A DNA stretch of 61,527 nucleotides, filler included, from Basidioascus undulatus (lineage: Eukaryota), in NCBI GenBank assembly GCA_000826855.1. It is 5 parts of 5 records of this genome, joined end to end, with 100 filler letters (N's around TTAATTAATTAA, not from the genome) between each part and the next. Parts side by side here need not be neighbours in the genome. Positions count along the whole stretch, not along the records: positions 12,347 to 24,589 come from JTLS01000931.1; positions 24,690 to 36,895 come from JTLS01000932.1; 3 more parts are not named here. The stretch is one strand, 5' to 3'. Numbering within the stretch: the first letter of the stretch is position 1; every line of letters begins with the position of its first letter. Below the pieces are notes generated by a model. It did no database searches. It was not told the origin of the DNA and saw nothing but the letters and a program-made list of their open reading frames with translations. A program made the position numbers and the translations under genes. Shown one piece after another: positions 13,466-25,420 of the stretch.

Positions 13466-14974
13466 TCAGTCCTCCCCCTCATCTTCGACTCCCCACTCCC
13501 CATCCTCGTCGACCTTCACCTTCACCTGCTCCGTGCGGCCCAGCTCCGGCGCAAGCCCCAGCCAGCCCGGCAGTCCGTCGTCGGCCCATCCGCCCTCGAC
13601 GAGCCCCTTGACGCCGGCCACGACGTCGGAGCCCTTGAGCGCGAGAGTGAAGGTGAAGGGGTCGTCGCGTTCGGAGGCAGTGGAGGGTGGGAGCGTGAGC
13701 TGCGAAAAGGCCCAGAGCATGAGCGCGCGTGGATGAAGAATGAAGGTGCAACGGCAGCGTACGGCGTAAGACAGAGAAGGCAGTGTCGGTGCTCCATCAT
13801 GCCCAAATACCTCGGCGATCTCTTTCGCGCGCTCGAGGCGCGGCCCGCTCTGTCCCAGCGTGATCCTGTCCCTGAGCGCCTCGTCGACGTACTCCTCCCT
13901 CGGCGCAGTCTCGTCTACCTCCATAGCAACGGGATCGAGCACCTGCGCCTCGTCGCGCCCGGTGCGCAGGCGCTTCCACGCGCCTTGCGCCTCACGCTCG
14001 AGCACGAGCTCGCGCAGCGCGACGGGATCCTTCGCGCGCGCGCCAACCTCGTGCAGCCCCGCGGCGCTGCCGTAGGCGGTCTGGATAGCGTGGAGGAGGA
14101 AGGGCTCGAAAGAGGGTGAGGGCGTGGGCGGGGTGAGGAGGATGTAGGGCGAGGGGAGGAGCGGGATGAGGAGGGTCGTGCTTGTTGAGGGGGCGGGGTG
14201 GGTTGGCGGGCAGGGGAGGAGCGTGAGGTGAAGGGTTGGGAGAACAGAGGACGGCGGAAGGGAGACGCGGAGATGGTGTGGGTGCGTGTGGGCGAGGTGG
14301 GATGACAGGAGGTTGGACAGGGTGGAGAGCGTTGGTGGAGGAGGTATTGGAGAGTCGTCTGCGGGCGTAGATGTGGTCAAGTAGAGGCCGAGGGACATGC
14401 CGGAATAATACGGACCGGCGTAGTGGATTTTATAGGCAGACCAAGCGCGGGAGGAAGGCTTTTCGAGGAGGACTGAGAGGGGGGTGTGATTCAGGAGAAG
14501 CACACGAGATGGAGAGGCAACGCGAACACACGCTGCATGTCGAGCATTGCTAGTTGCCGCCAGGACAGTCCCCTTCGCTGTAACCCCGATCACGCTTTTT
14601 ATGAGTGCTGAAGAACAGAAACAGTGAAGCGAAGCAGCTCAGCTCACCCAGTCATTCTCGATATGCCTGACGATCGCCATCTTGGACCCCTTCTCCCCGC
14701 TCAGATCCTCGTACCGTTCCCTAACCGCCCTAAACGCGTCTCCGCCATCCTCCTCTTCGTCATCGTTCCCCTCTCCCTCGTCGTCGGTGTCCTCGTCCCC
14801 GCGCCGCCGCGTCGGTGCACGCGTCACGGGGCGCGGGCACTGCGCGTCCTTGAGCCAGGCGAGGGCGGCGTCGATAAGGGAGCTGCGGGATAAGCGAAGG
14901 AGCAGGCGTTGAGTTGCCGCGGAATGTGAGACCAATGGCAGAGATGGGCGTAGTCGTTTTGCTGCGGGCGGCAT
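13466..14974 (-). CDS. CHL4: Kinetochore protein CENP-N (Chl4/Mis15 family)
   Basis: RLSRSSLIDAALAWL, an acidic insert, then spliced ENDW|RRGLSWRQLAMLDMQ. C-terminal FTLALKGSDVVAGVKGLVE..LPGWL matches the Chl4 family pattern. Confidence 0.85.
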
Positions 14975-15164
14975 GGCGGTGGGGACTGGAGATGGTCGAG
15001 GGCGAGGGACAAGCGGGACGCGTCTCTCCAAAGTGGCCTCGCGAGGAAGGCCGCGCGAAGCCGGCGCGTCCCTTGGGAACCGACTCTCACCTGCTCCTCG
15101 CCTCGCTACTCGATTCTTCGATACCCAACTACAATCCAGCTCTCTAAACTCCATATAACGAAAA

Positions 15165-16832
15165 AGTACGTGTACCTTATCCTAGAGTGCCATTATAGAG
15201 AGAAGAATCTCAACCGGGATTCCTTCGACAGTGTCAGGCGACGCGATGGACATGGACACCATCCCCGCGCACCAGGTTCATGGCCACCTGAACGGCAAGG
15301 CGAAGGGCAAGGGGAAGCAGACGGAGGCGGACGAACTGAACGACAACCTTCCGTGGTGCGTCTCCTGTACCGTGCACAGAGTACTCACAGTGGGGTCTTG
15401 GCTGAGCACGAGGGCGGACGGGCAGGGTGGAAAAGTACCGCCCGGCGAGCTTGGACGATGTCGTATCCCACAAGGAGATCATCTCTACTAGTGTGTCCAG
15501 TTACTATGCTATCCGCTGCTTCGACATCTCTGAAGCCCTGTATTACAGTCGAGAAGTTCATCGCCGCTCAGCGCCTGCCGCACCTCCTCTTCTATGGCCC
15601 TCCCGGTACGTTTCTCACTCAACTCTTCTTGTCGGCCTGTAGGCTAACGTGGCTTACGGCCTAGGAACGGGAAAGACTTCGACGATCCTTGCTGTTGCGC
15701 GGCGGATATACGGCGATTCATGGAGGAGAAACGTTCTCGAGGTACGTCGAGCTCACGCGTAGGGAAAGGTCGACCTCAAGCAAGCTGACGAGTTGCGTGA
15801 ACCAGCTCAACGCATCTGACGACCGCGGCATCGACGTCGTCCGCGAGCAAATCAAGAACTTTGCGCAAACGCGCACGCTCTTCTCGTCCGTCCTTCCCCT
15901 CTCCCTCTCCTCTATTCGCACATCCGACTGACCCCTCCCACAGCAAGGGCTTCAAGCTCATCATTCTCGACGAGGCGGACATGATGACGAACGCCGCTCA
16001 GTCGGCGCTGCGGCGTGTCATCGAGCAGTACACGCCGACGACGCGCTTCTGCATCATCTGCAACTACGTCAACAAGATCACGCCCGCCATCCAGTCCCGC
16101 TGCACCCGCTTCCGCTTCGCCCCGCTCGAGCGCTCCGAGGTCGACCGCCGCGTGCGCGAGGTCGTCGCGAAGGAGGGCGTCAACTTGACGGACGACGGGA
16201 GGGAGGCGCTCCTCAAGCTGACGAAGGGCGATATGCGGCGCGCGTTGAACGTGCTGCAGGTGCGTGCATACTCCCTGCATTGAGATTATGCTCCTTCATT
16301 GACCAGGTCATTCATGTTCAGGCGTGCCATACCGCTTTCTCTCCCGGCCCAACAGACGAAGCAGCCGTGTACGCGACGACGGGCACGCCTGACCCCGCGG
16401 ACATCGAGCGCTTCGTCACGTCCATGATGAACGACGAGTTCTCCACCTCCTTTACCCGTTAGCTCATCCCATCTCATTGTAATGCCACGCATACTTACTT
16501 CTGATTGCCTGAACGCAGTCATCACCGCGATGAAGCGCGAGAAGGGTCTCGCGCTGCAGGACCTCATTGCGGGGACGTACGACTACATCGGCACGACCTC
16601 CTTCCCCTCCGCGACGCGCGTATACCTGCTCGAGAACTTGGCGGACATCGAGTTCGTTGTTCCCGTTACTCCATCTTTGCCTTTTGCGGGACTGTGCTGA
16701 TGCGAGCCCTTCTTTTTTGCGAAACGCAGGCACCGGCTCTCAACGGGAGGCAGCGAGAAGATCCAGCTTTCGGCGCTGCTGGGGACGTTCAAGATCGCTA
16801 TGGGTATTGCGGAGAAGGAAGGCAGGTCATGA
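15165..16832 (+). CDS. RFC3: Replication factor C small subunit (yeast Rfc3 / human RFC5 type)
   Basis: NLPWVEKYRP, LPHLLFYGPPGTGKT, ELNASDDRGIDVVR, LIILDEADMMT, IQSRCTRFRF, GDMRRALNVLQ, HRLSTGGSEKIQL; stop at 16830-16832. Start is either the intron-split A|TG (15165 + 15232-15233) or the ATG at 15246. Confidence 0.95.
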
Positions 16833-17115
16833 GAAGTATTGGGGGAGGAGCGATGGCTGTGGGGAATGTCAGGCATGCATCTCTCTGCGCCGTGTCAACC
16901 CGTCGTTGCCCAACCCTTGTGCCAGCATTTCTGTTGGAAACCCGCATTCTCGCAGTAGGCGATTTTGGCCAGTGTGTCCATGTTGCGAGCAGAAGTCGCG
17001 AGGACGTTCTCTTCAGGCTATGACCTTGCGTCATTTCGCCGACGCGGCCAAACGCGCGGTCGCGCAGGCTGGCTGCCAACCACCATCGCATCGTTTCTTC
17101 AGAACAAATCCCCGC

Positions 17116-18348
17116 ATGTCTTCAGAGCATCAATCATCCACCTCGCAATCTCAGGATGCCCCGGCACCCGCGACCATCGGGCCCGACACCGGTGCGTCCT
17201 TTCCCAACGCTCAGGGGGGCCGCGCCCACGCGAGCGTGCACCGAGCCTGACCCTCCGACCCACAGACCTGAAGGACCTGACCGACCTGCAGATCCAAGAG
17301 CTCACGGAGCAGATCAAGGAGTGCGACGCGTCTGCCCGGCCTCTCGTCAGCGAGCTCGAGCCCCTCAACAGCCTGGCGGAGGAGTACGCGCATGGGAACG
17401 CGACGTTTAGGGCCAAGATCGACGACCTTGGGAGGAAGGGCTGGAAGGGGATCAGGAGGATCAGGGGGGACGGGAACTGCCTTTGTGAGTTGCGAGTCGC
17501 GCTTGAGCTTGGCGCTGGAGGACGCGGGCATGGTCATGCTCATGAGAGGCGGCGGAGAACAGATCGCGCACTCGCGGTCGCGGAGCTGTTTGGCATTCTG
17601 GAGGACCCGCAAAGGGAGGAGAAGGCCCGGCAGGCCTCAAGGCAGGTGGAGGAGATTCAAGGGACGCTCGACAGGGCGGGTTTCGAGCGTATGGTGGTGC
17701 GTGGACTTCACTGGACCTTCGCAGAGCGCTCGTCCTGACTCGCAGCTGAGCGGATAGACGGAAGACTTCGTCGAACCGCTGACGGATCTTCTGAAGTCCT
17801 TATCCTCTTCTACCCCCCCCTCCTCGTCTTCTCTTCTGCAATCGCTGAACGATCCTGTGAGTCCACCTTCCATTCGCCTCGCAGACTGCTTCGTTTCTAA
17901 CAATGCCCCTCACCTGCAGGAGACTTCCAACTCTCTCGTCGTATTCTACCGTCTCGCCACGTCCGCGCACCTCCGGCTGAACCCAGACGAGTTCCTCCCC
18001 TTCCTCTTCGCGTACGAGGGCGAGCTGCAGCTCGACGCGGAGGGGATGCCGGACATGCGCCGCTTCTGCGAGAACCAGGTCGAGGCAACGGGCAGGGAGG
18101 CCGACCACGTCCAGATGGCGGCGCTCGCGCAGGCGCTCGGCCTCAAGATGCGCGTGGCGTATCTGGACGGGAGCGGCGCGAGCGCGGGCGGCGAGCCGGA
18201 GGTCGACTGGCACGAGTTTGGGGAGGGCAGGGAGAGGACGTTCCTTTACCGGCCGGGTGAGTCCTGGCACGAAAGTGATGATGAGAGCTGGATTAACAAG
18301 GCGGGGTCGCCAGGGCACTATGACTTGTTGTCGCAGAAGGAGGCCTGA
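17116..18348 (+). CDS. OTUB1: Otubain-family deubiquitinase (peptidase C65)
   Basis: IRRIRGDGNCL|YRA (catalytic Cys), FCENQVEATGREADHVQMAALAQAL, and LYRPG|HYD (catalytic His). Confidence 0.92.
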
Positions 18349-18724
18349 GGGACGGCTGGCTCGATATCCGGACGAGGTTGAACGGGGAGGCAGGCCTCGC
18401 ATTGCACGACTCACACAATGTACTACACGATACCCTCTATAGCCCATTTCACTTGCGCATTACGTTCCACTGCTCCGACTGCAAATAGCGTATTGCAACA
18501 TGAGAGGAGTCCTCCGCGTGGTTTGCGGCCAGCCTTGTTTGTCTGGTCATACTATTGTTCCTGCTCTGCTTCCTGCTATCGCGGACTATCCTGCTTGATT
18601 AAATGCAGTGCCAGTGGAAGGACGCAATTTGGCGATTCATTGGAGTGTTAGAACTAGCGACACGTGCTCGACGCGACCTCCCCCTTCCCCTGACTTCTCG
18701 CCTCTCGTCTCCATCATCTTTACC

Positions 18725-20137
18725 ATGACTGGTACAGCGCCACCCCAGAGCTCTTCATCACCGTCATCATACCCCTCACTTATCATTATCCGGAAGCGGT
18801 CACTTCAGCGCACTTTCCCTGCCGGATCGCCGTTCGAGCCGTACTGGAGCCGGCTCACGTTGGACCCTACCACCACAGCAGTTGTCGCTGCGACGGCGGG
18901 GGTGGGCGGCACTCTCTGTGCTCTGGCAGCATATCGTAGATGGTTCAAGAGGATCAGGTCGTCCGAGTATGTGACGCCGGGGATGTTGAGTAGGAAGCGA
19001 AAGGTCAAGGGGGTGGTCACAAGGTGAGTGCTGTGGATTGAGTGCAGAGGAAGGACGCGTAATGTAGGTCTTGAAGGATCTGGTTGAGAAACCGGAAAAG
19101 CATACAGTTGCTGGACCATAGCTGGATGGAAGATTGGGCATCGATGCGACACTTCCCATGAAGCTCGTTACGTGCTTACGCAGCTCACGCCCGCGTCCTT
19201 CGCACTCAGAGTGGGCGACGGCGATAATTTCCGAGTCTTCCACACCCCATCTCTCTATTTTAGGTCTATACCAACCAAAGCGTCTGGTACGTTGCCCGCT
19301 TTTCCTCTCCTCATCACTATCACGTTGCTCAAACGCCTGCTTTGATGCAGAACTGAAAGACCAGACGCTCCATATCCGGCTGGCAGGCGTAGACGCTCCC
19401 GAGGTCCGTTGCCATCCCCCGAGGTCGAGCCCATTTGGAGTAAGGTAGACTCACCAGAAGTCAGCTCCAGGCAGCGCATTTCGGGAAGCCGGCTCAGCCA
19501 TTCTCCGCCGAGGCGCTGGTGTGGCTGAAGGAATACGTTGAGGGCAAGAAAGTAGTCGTCGAGCTGTGCAGTCGGGATCAGTACGGGCGCATAGTGAGCT
19601 CATCACTTCCGGTTTGAACGCCGCATGGCTTGTGAACAGCGCTGACCGGTGATTTGGAGCGGCCAGGTCGGCAATGCGTTCTTGCCGCGACGTCTGTTCT
19701 GGCCTGTCAGGAAGAACATCTCATTGGAGATGATCAAAGGTACGCGCAGTGAAGATCTTAGCATCGCTCTGACCATGTAACTGACTACTTCGGGGAACGC
19801 AGCTGGATACGGTACTGTCTACACCTCCCTCGGCGCTGAGTACGGCGGGATGCTCGAGCAATATCGAAGAGCGGAGGAAGCGGCGAAGTGAGCTCTTCCT
19901 GATCCCCTAAATCACGAGAGGCGCATTGGATCTGACGCAAGGTCCTACTTCAGGGCGGCTAAGAAAGGCATGTGGGTGCAGTCGGCTGCGAAGTACGAAT
20001 CTCCGGCCGAGTACAAGAAGCGAATGGCTGCTGGCGGGGCTGCGGCGGACCCAGAGGCGGACACGGCACCGAAGAGAAGGGCGAAGAAGAAAAGCGGTGG
20101 CTCTTGGTGGTTTGGAAGGCTGTTTGGACGGACGTGA
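18725..20137 (+). CDS. LCL3: Staphylococcal-nuclease-like endonuclease (Lcl3 family)
   Basis: Hydrophobic segment, then [49 protein letters not shown] and ESPAEYK. Confidence 0.9.
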
Positions 20138-20585
20138 TAGACCGCTGGCTTCGCATTCACTCGCCGGCGCAGCTCTGCTGCTTGAAGGTGGTGTTGGCCT
20201 TGATGAGCTTGAGCCGACACCCTCGAAGAAGGATCTTGAAGATTAACTCGGGTTTGAACAACCAAGAACAGTCCTGGCGAATATTTGACAATCGCCCGAA
20301 GTGACACGACGCTGTCATGGGCTTCCGTTTATGTCCACCGACTCTGGACTGTTTGCTGTTCCCGCCCTGGCGGTTGAAGAACCGTGGATGGAAGTGGTTA
20401 GTTTGAGCTGCAGTTGGATCTATCCGGACGGACTGGAGTAAGCATGTAAACCCTGCTAAGGTGCGGAGCCGAGATTGGCCCGAACCGCGACATCGGCGCT
20501 CGCCGCTGAGCACGAAGGCGGTTCCTGCTCTTCACTACCTTCAGCTCAAATCTCGACACATTACTTCTCTTTAGGGGCACTCATT

Positions 20586-22199
20586 ATGGCATCGCAGCAC
20601 ACTGGACCTGTAGTCTTACTGACGGGCTGCTCAGAGGGGGGAATTGGATACTCAGTGAGCGATATGCATCTGGCTGAGTCCACACACTGGCCAACCGCTG
20701 AAGCACGCTTGTTGCCCCTCAGCTCGCGAAAGCTTTCCACGAGGTGTTTATATCGTCTGTATTCCTCTTGCCTCCGATCTAACGAAATCTACCCGACGCA
20801 GAGAGGCTGCCGAGTCTTCGCTTCTGCTCGTCGGCTCGAATCGATGGCTTCGCTCGAAGGCACTTCGATCATGCTTACCTTCCAAAGTCGATCATACTCA
20901 TTTGAGGGGATATTAGGCATAGGCATCGATATTCTTAAGATCGATGTCACGTCGGACGCAAGCGTAGCGACGGCGCTTGCTCAACTTGTCTCCAGAACGA
21001 GCGGCCGCATCGGTAAGCCTCGAAGCAGGTCGATGAGGCAGATGTTGACTGACGAGAGCTCCTATAGACATCTTGGTCAACAACGCAGGTGTGTAGAGGT
21101 CACACACATGTGAAGACTTCCAAACTCACCGCGGCACATGAACAGGCGTCAGCGCGACCGCGCCTCTGGTCGAGTAGCGGACTGAATCGACTCTCACGAG
21201 CGAAAAGTGATGCTGACGAGATGTGTATGACCAGCATGCCTCTCGACCGGACCAGCTTCATGTTCGAAGCGAATGTGAGTGCATCTATCCTCCATCACTT
21301 TGAGCCGTCGGTGAACCGAGGTTCAGGTCGTCGGCACTCTGCGTATGGCTCGCGCCGTGGCACCTTACATGACCAAGCGGAAGAGCGGACTCGGTTAATT
21401 AATGCTTCCATGCCATTCCCGGATCCATGTCGTTTCTCACTGGCTTTTGCAGTCATGAACATCGGCAGCGTTGTAGCCGACGTCCCGTTCGCAGTAAGTC
21501 TTTTGATTACCCTCCGGCAGCGAGATGACTAACTATTGTGTGAGCCGCTTGAAAGTACGGAGGAGTCTACGCGGCGACCAAGTCCGCGCTTAGCACTATC
21601 TCTGCTGTCTTGCGGACAGAGGTAAGTTGCTGCCTGCGGCGCCTCGGTCGTTGCGTAGCACTGACAGGCCACCACCAGCTCAAACCATTCGGCGTGAACG
21701 TAATGCTAGTGAAGGTATGAGGAGCATAGTTAAGTTACAACCAAGGCTCATGTACTTCCGCAAACACAACAGCCGGGCGGCGTGACCAGCAACATCGCCG
21801 TGAATCAAGAAGGCGTGTGGGATCCAACCGGAAGTGTCTATGCGCCAGTGGCCCAGGACATTTTCAAGCGGCAACGCATCAGTCAAGGTAATCATCTGCA
21901 TAGGATGATATTGAAGCGTGCCTCACGCCCCTTTAATCTCAGACCCCGCGTACAAGTCAATGCCTTCGGATGAGTTCGCGACCGCAGTCGTTGACCAAGC
22001 CTTGCGGCGCAACCCGCCTCGTCGCTTCTTATATGGCGGAAGGTAGAGTGGCCGTGGTCTCCCTGAGCCAACAAAAGCTGACACATTGTCGTTCAGCATA
22101 TGGCTCATGTGGTTCTTGAGCCTGTTGCCGGAGTGGCTCGTGCAAGCGATCTCGTATCGCAAGTTTGGCCTCTCCAAGCTGGCAGCTCTTGGTACTTGA
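20586..22199 (+). CDS. Short-chain dehydrogenase/reductase, Ayr1-like; about 14 exons
   Basis: VLLTGCSEGGIG, VFASARR, DILVNNAG, NIGSV, YAATK (YxxxK), ELKPFGVNVM, PGGVTSNI. Splicing restores one continuous frame. Confidence 0.9.
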
Positions 22200-22389
22200 A
22201 CTACCAAATCATGCATGTCTGTCGCACCGGAAGACTTGCGAGAAGAAACATTCCGAGTGGAGCAGTGCGGACGTTGCATGAGCGGACACTGGTTTCCTTT
22301 CGCTTCGCATCCATTCATTCCATGTCGGTCGCAGAAGTGAAAGCAAGTATGGCAATGTAATTGAAAGCTTTGCAAGTCCACCTCTTCAT

Positions 22390-23887
22390 ATACCTTCTTC
22401 CCCACTCCTTCAAGGCCAGTCATGCCCACCCGCTCCTCGTCCAAAAGCGTGATACCAACCCGCGCCAGGGCAATCGCGTGCTTCAAAGCCCAGCTTCAGC
22501 CAACGGCCTCGTCTGCCGATTCATTCCAAGTGAAAGTTCCCATGTTGTGCTCCACCGTAACAAAGCGTAGCGAACGAGGAGGACGTCCCGCGATGGCGGA
22601 AATAACGTTGCTGGCCCTGCCCCACTCTGAACCGGTAGACTCATTGTCCTCTGGGTCGTCCTCGTTGTCCTCGTTGTCCTCGTTGTCCTCGTTGTCCTCG
22701 TTGTCCTCGTTGTCCTCGTCATCCTCGTCGTCCTCGTCGTCCTCGTCGTCCTCGTCGTCCTCGTCGTCCTCGTCGTCCTCGTCGTCCTCGTCGTCCTCGT
22801 CATCCTCGTCGTCCTCGTATGGCACTCTGAGCCGAAGCCCAAGAAGATGTGGAGGAAGGACGGAATGGATGCCCGCAGGGACTTTGGTCATTTCAAGCAG
22901 GCGCAGATTAGGCAGGCCGTGACAGAGTGTGTGAGAGTCTCTCGGTCTGCGTGAGTATTGAGGCGCAGACGGCGAAGGGAGGGACCGTATGAAGCGAAAA
23001 ATGGGAGAAGCAACGAAATATCGGTATCGGGCGTTAAAAAAAACCCGAGGGTAACATCAGAGTTGCGGCATTGAGACAGACTCGACAAGGCCAACTACCC
23101 TCTGTACAGCAGCGGGTACCGAGCAGGCGAGCAGAATCTTGAGCTTCTGAAGTGCAGGCAACGCGAATGTTGGAGGGTTTCCGACATCGGGCGCTGACTC
23201 ATCGAATGATGCCGAAAAGGATAGATCGCGCAAGACGGCGAAGCGGCCAAGGACGTTGAGCTTCGGGATGGCGGAATGTCGGCAAAGGAAGTGAAGGGTC
23301 GTGAGCGTCGACGCGCATGTGCGTGCAAGAGCGGAGAGGATGAGTTGTCCCGCGACTGGATATGTACGAGTTGCGAACAGACGCAAGTTGGTCATGAAGG
23401 TCAGGAGGAAAGGTAAAGCCGTCTCGTCGAGGTCGAGATGGTCGTCGTCATAGCCGTCGTCGAGGGAAACGAAGAAATTGCTGATTCGATCGGCGAAACT
23501 GTGATGACAATGATCGACACGAACGAGCTCGTTGGCCACAGAATGAACCTGAAACTCTTCGTCGAGGAATATGTCCCGCTGGCGAAGGGGCCGAGCGATG
23601 TCCTGCGTGGACGGCAACCCCCATTAAGCCGGTAAGCTAAGCGCTATTCAAGTGGCGAAGCGGAGAAGAGAAGAGCGTGCAGCAAAGTAGCGGTAGGCGC
23701 CCATGATTGCAATTGTCGTCGATAGAGATGCCCTATGGCGTTTGCGATTGAGAAGAACGGCTTTGGGGGCGGGAACAGATGCTAGCCTGAAGATGCGAGA
23801 CCAGACTTGGACAGGGAACCGAGAGCAGGCGGACGCCGAGGAGGCGGTAGCGGCCGCGAACTCCGAGTTGATTGCTGGAGAGTCCAT
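22390..23887 (-). pseudogene. Disrupted F-box/LRR-like gene with acidic repeat
   Basis: F-box-like FPVQVWSRIFRLA and LRR-like segments, broken by frameshifts near 23060 and 22911 and an in-frame TGA at 22496-22498. Protein-like sequence (WALKHAIALARVGITLLDEE) continues after the stop; 3' limit is approximate. Confidence 0.7.
22655..22816 (-). repeat. 9-bp tandem repeat, about 18 units, encoding (EDD/EDN)n
   Basis: GAGGACGAC/GAGGACAAC/GAGGATGAC units on the minus strand. Confidence 0.95.
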
Positions 23888-24589
23888 TGGCGGTCTCGGG
23901 TGGAGAATGTGCGAAAGTGGGATGTGGTGCAACAATGACGGAGGACGAAATTGTCCGGGTAATCAAGTGGAGCGTGAGCGTAGGAAGGAGGGAAACGCTT
24001 CATCTGCACCGTCCATTATATAGTGTTAGGAGTCCCATTGTTCTGCATACAGTCCAGTACTGTGAAACGGCGGGTTGGGCCGTTCCTCCATCGTGCCGCT
24101 CGCTTCCGCTGTTCTTCAAGGCTTGCCCCTGCATCCGCCTCACCAGCTAGCGCCCCAGTGCAATGATATACGCCAGGTGAGCGCAGCGCCAGGCATAGTC
24201 CCTTCCGGTATAAGCAAGCCTCTCTTCCGTTCCATATCCAGCTTCAGATCTCAAAGGGCACGTTCAAACGTGGGGAAGTCACGCAGGTATACTAAGAGAA
24301 CCCAGAGTTGACTATCTGCCAGCCTCCACATCCTCTCCTGCCCACCTGCAAGCGCAGCGTCAGGCACCGGCAGCCCATACGCACACGACACTGCTTCATC
24401 ATGGTAACTCAGTGTGTATAATGCATCCGGCGTTGAGGCCGTTTTTTCAATAGTACATTGGGGATGGGCTGATTCGGATCGGATCGCGGATCGAGTCTCG
24501 GATCGGGTCTAGAACAACAAGATGGGGGCAGGGCGATGCGGTTGTTGAAACATGCGTGAGTGTGCGAAATGCGGGGACTGCAAGTAATG

Positions 24590-24689
24590 NNNNNNNNNNN
24601 NNNNNNNNNNNNNNNNNNNNNNNNNNNNNNNNNTTAATTAATTAANNNNNNNNNNNNNNNNNNNNNNNNNNNNNNNNNNNNNNNNNNNN
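24590..24689. other. Artificial contig spacer
   Basis: N44-TTAATTAATTAA-N44. Confidence 0.98.
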
Positions 24690-25370
24690 GTTATCGAACC
24701 GCCTGCATAGTACAGCCTCTCGGCAGAAACGCAAAAAATTAGACCGTGGGCTGGCAAACGGAGTGAAGCATGTTCGCCCCCTTGTCTAATGAAGGATTCG
24801 TACACATCCTCCGTCCGGCCTCGATCACTCGTCTGAATGGAGGACATTAGGAGAGGACCAAGGAGGAGTGGCGGGAGATGCTCGGGGGACTTTTTCGTGG
24901 GCAGAGTGGTTAAAGGTGCGTGCCATTCATCCTGCATGTCGACCCCAAATACATACGGTTTTTTTTAGCAACAACAACCCTCCTCAGATTGCCACCAACG
25001 AGGCCATCGAGGGGCCCGACTGCATCTTCATCCATGTGCATATCCAGAGTGCCTTCCCCACCGGGTCCGGCGATGCTGACCCTTTTATTTTGTGCATCCC
25101 GTAAGGCCATAGGGACGGGCAAGACAACGACAGGTTCCCCGTACGAGAACGAGTACCAGTTCGCGCTTCACAGCGGACGTAAGCGATCAAGTGCAGCCCC
25201 TTCACACCTGTACTGATTGCCGTTCGAACAACAGGGGAGCAAGATCGCTAGCTTTTCGGAGTTCTTCGACAGTTTCTTGATGGAAAAGTTCATCAAAGAG
25301 GAGGGAGAGAGGCAGAAAAAGAAGGAAGGCGGAGGAAGACAGCAAGGGGAAGGGCGTCTGAGAAGGGCTA
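24690..25370 (+). pseudogene. Disrupted SnoaL/NTF2-like protein gene; 5' end cut by contig edge
   Basis: GKTTTGSPYENEY..F and GSKIASFSEFFDS resemble fungal SnoaL-like proteins. In-frame TAG at 24848-24850 and frame breaks near 24893 and 25167. Confidence 0.6.
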
Positions 25371-25420
25371 GAGAAACGAGGACTACATGCGCTGTCGAAC
25401 ACCTTCTGCGAGTTCCACCA

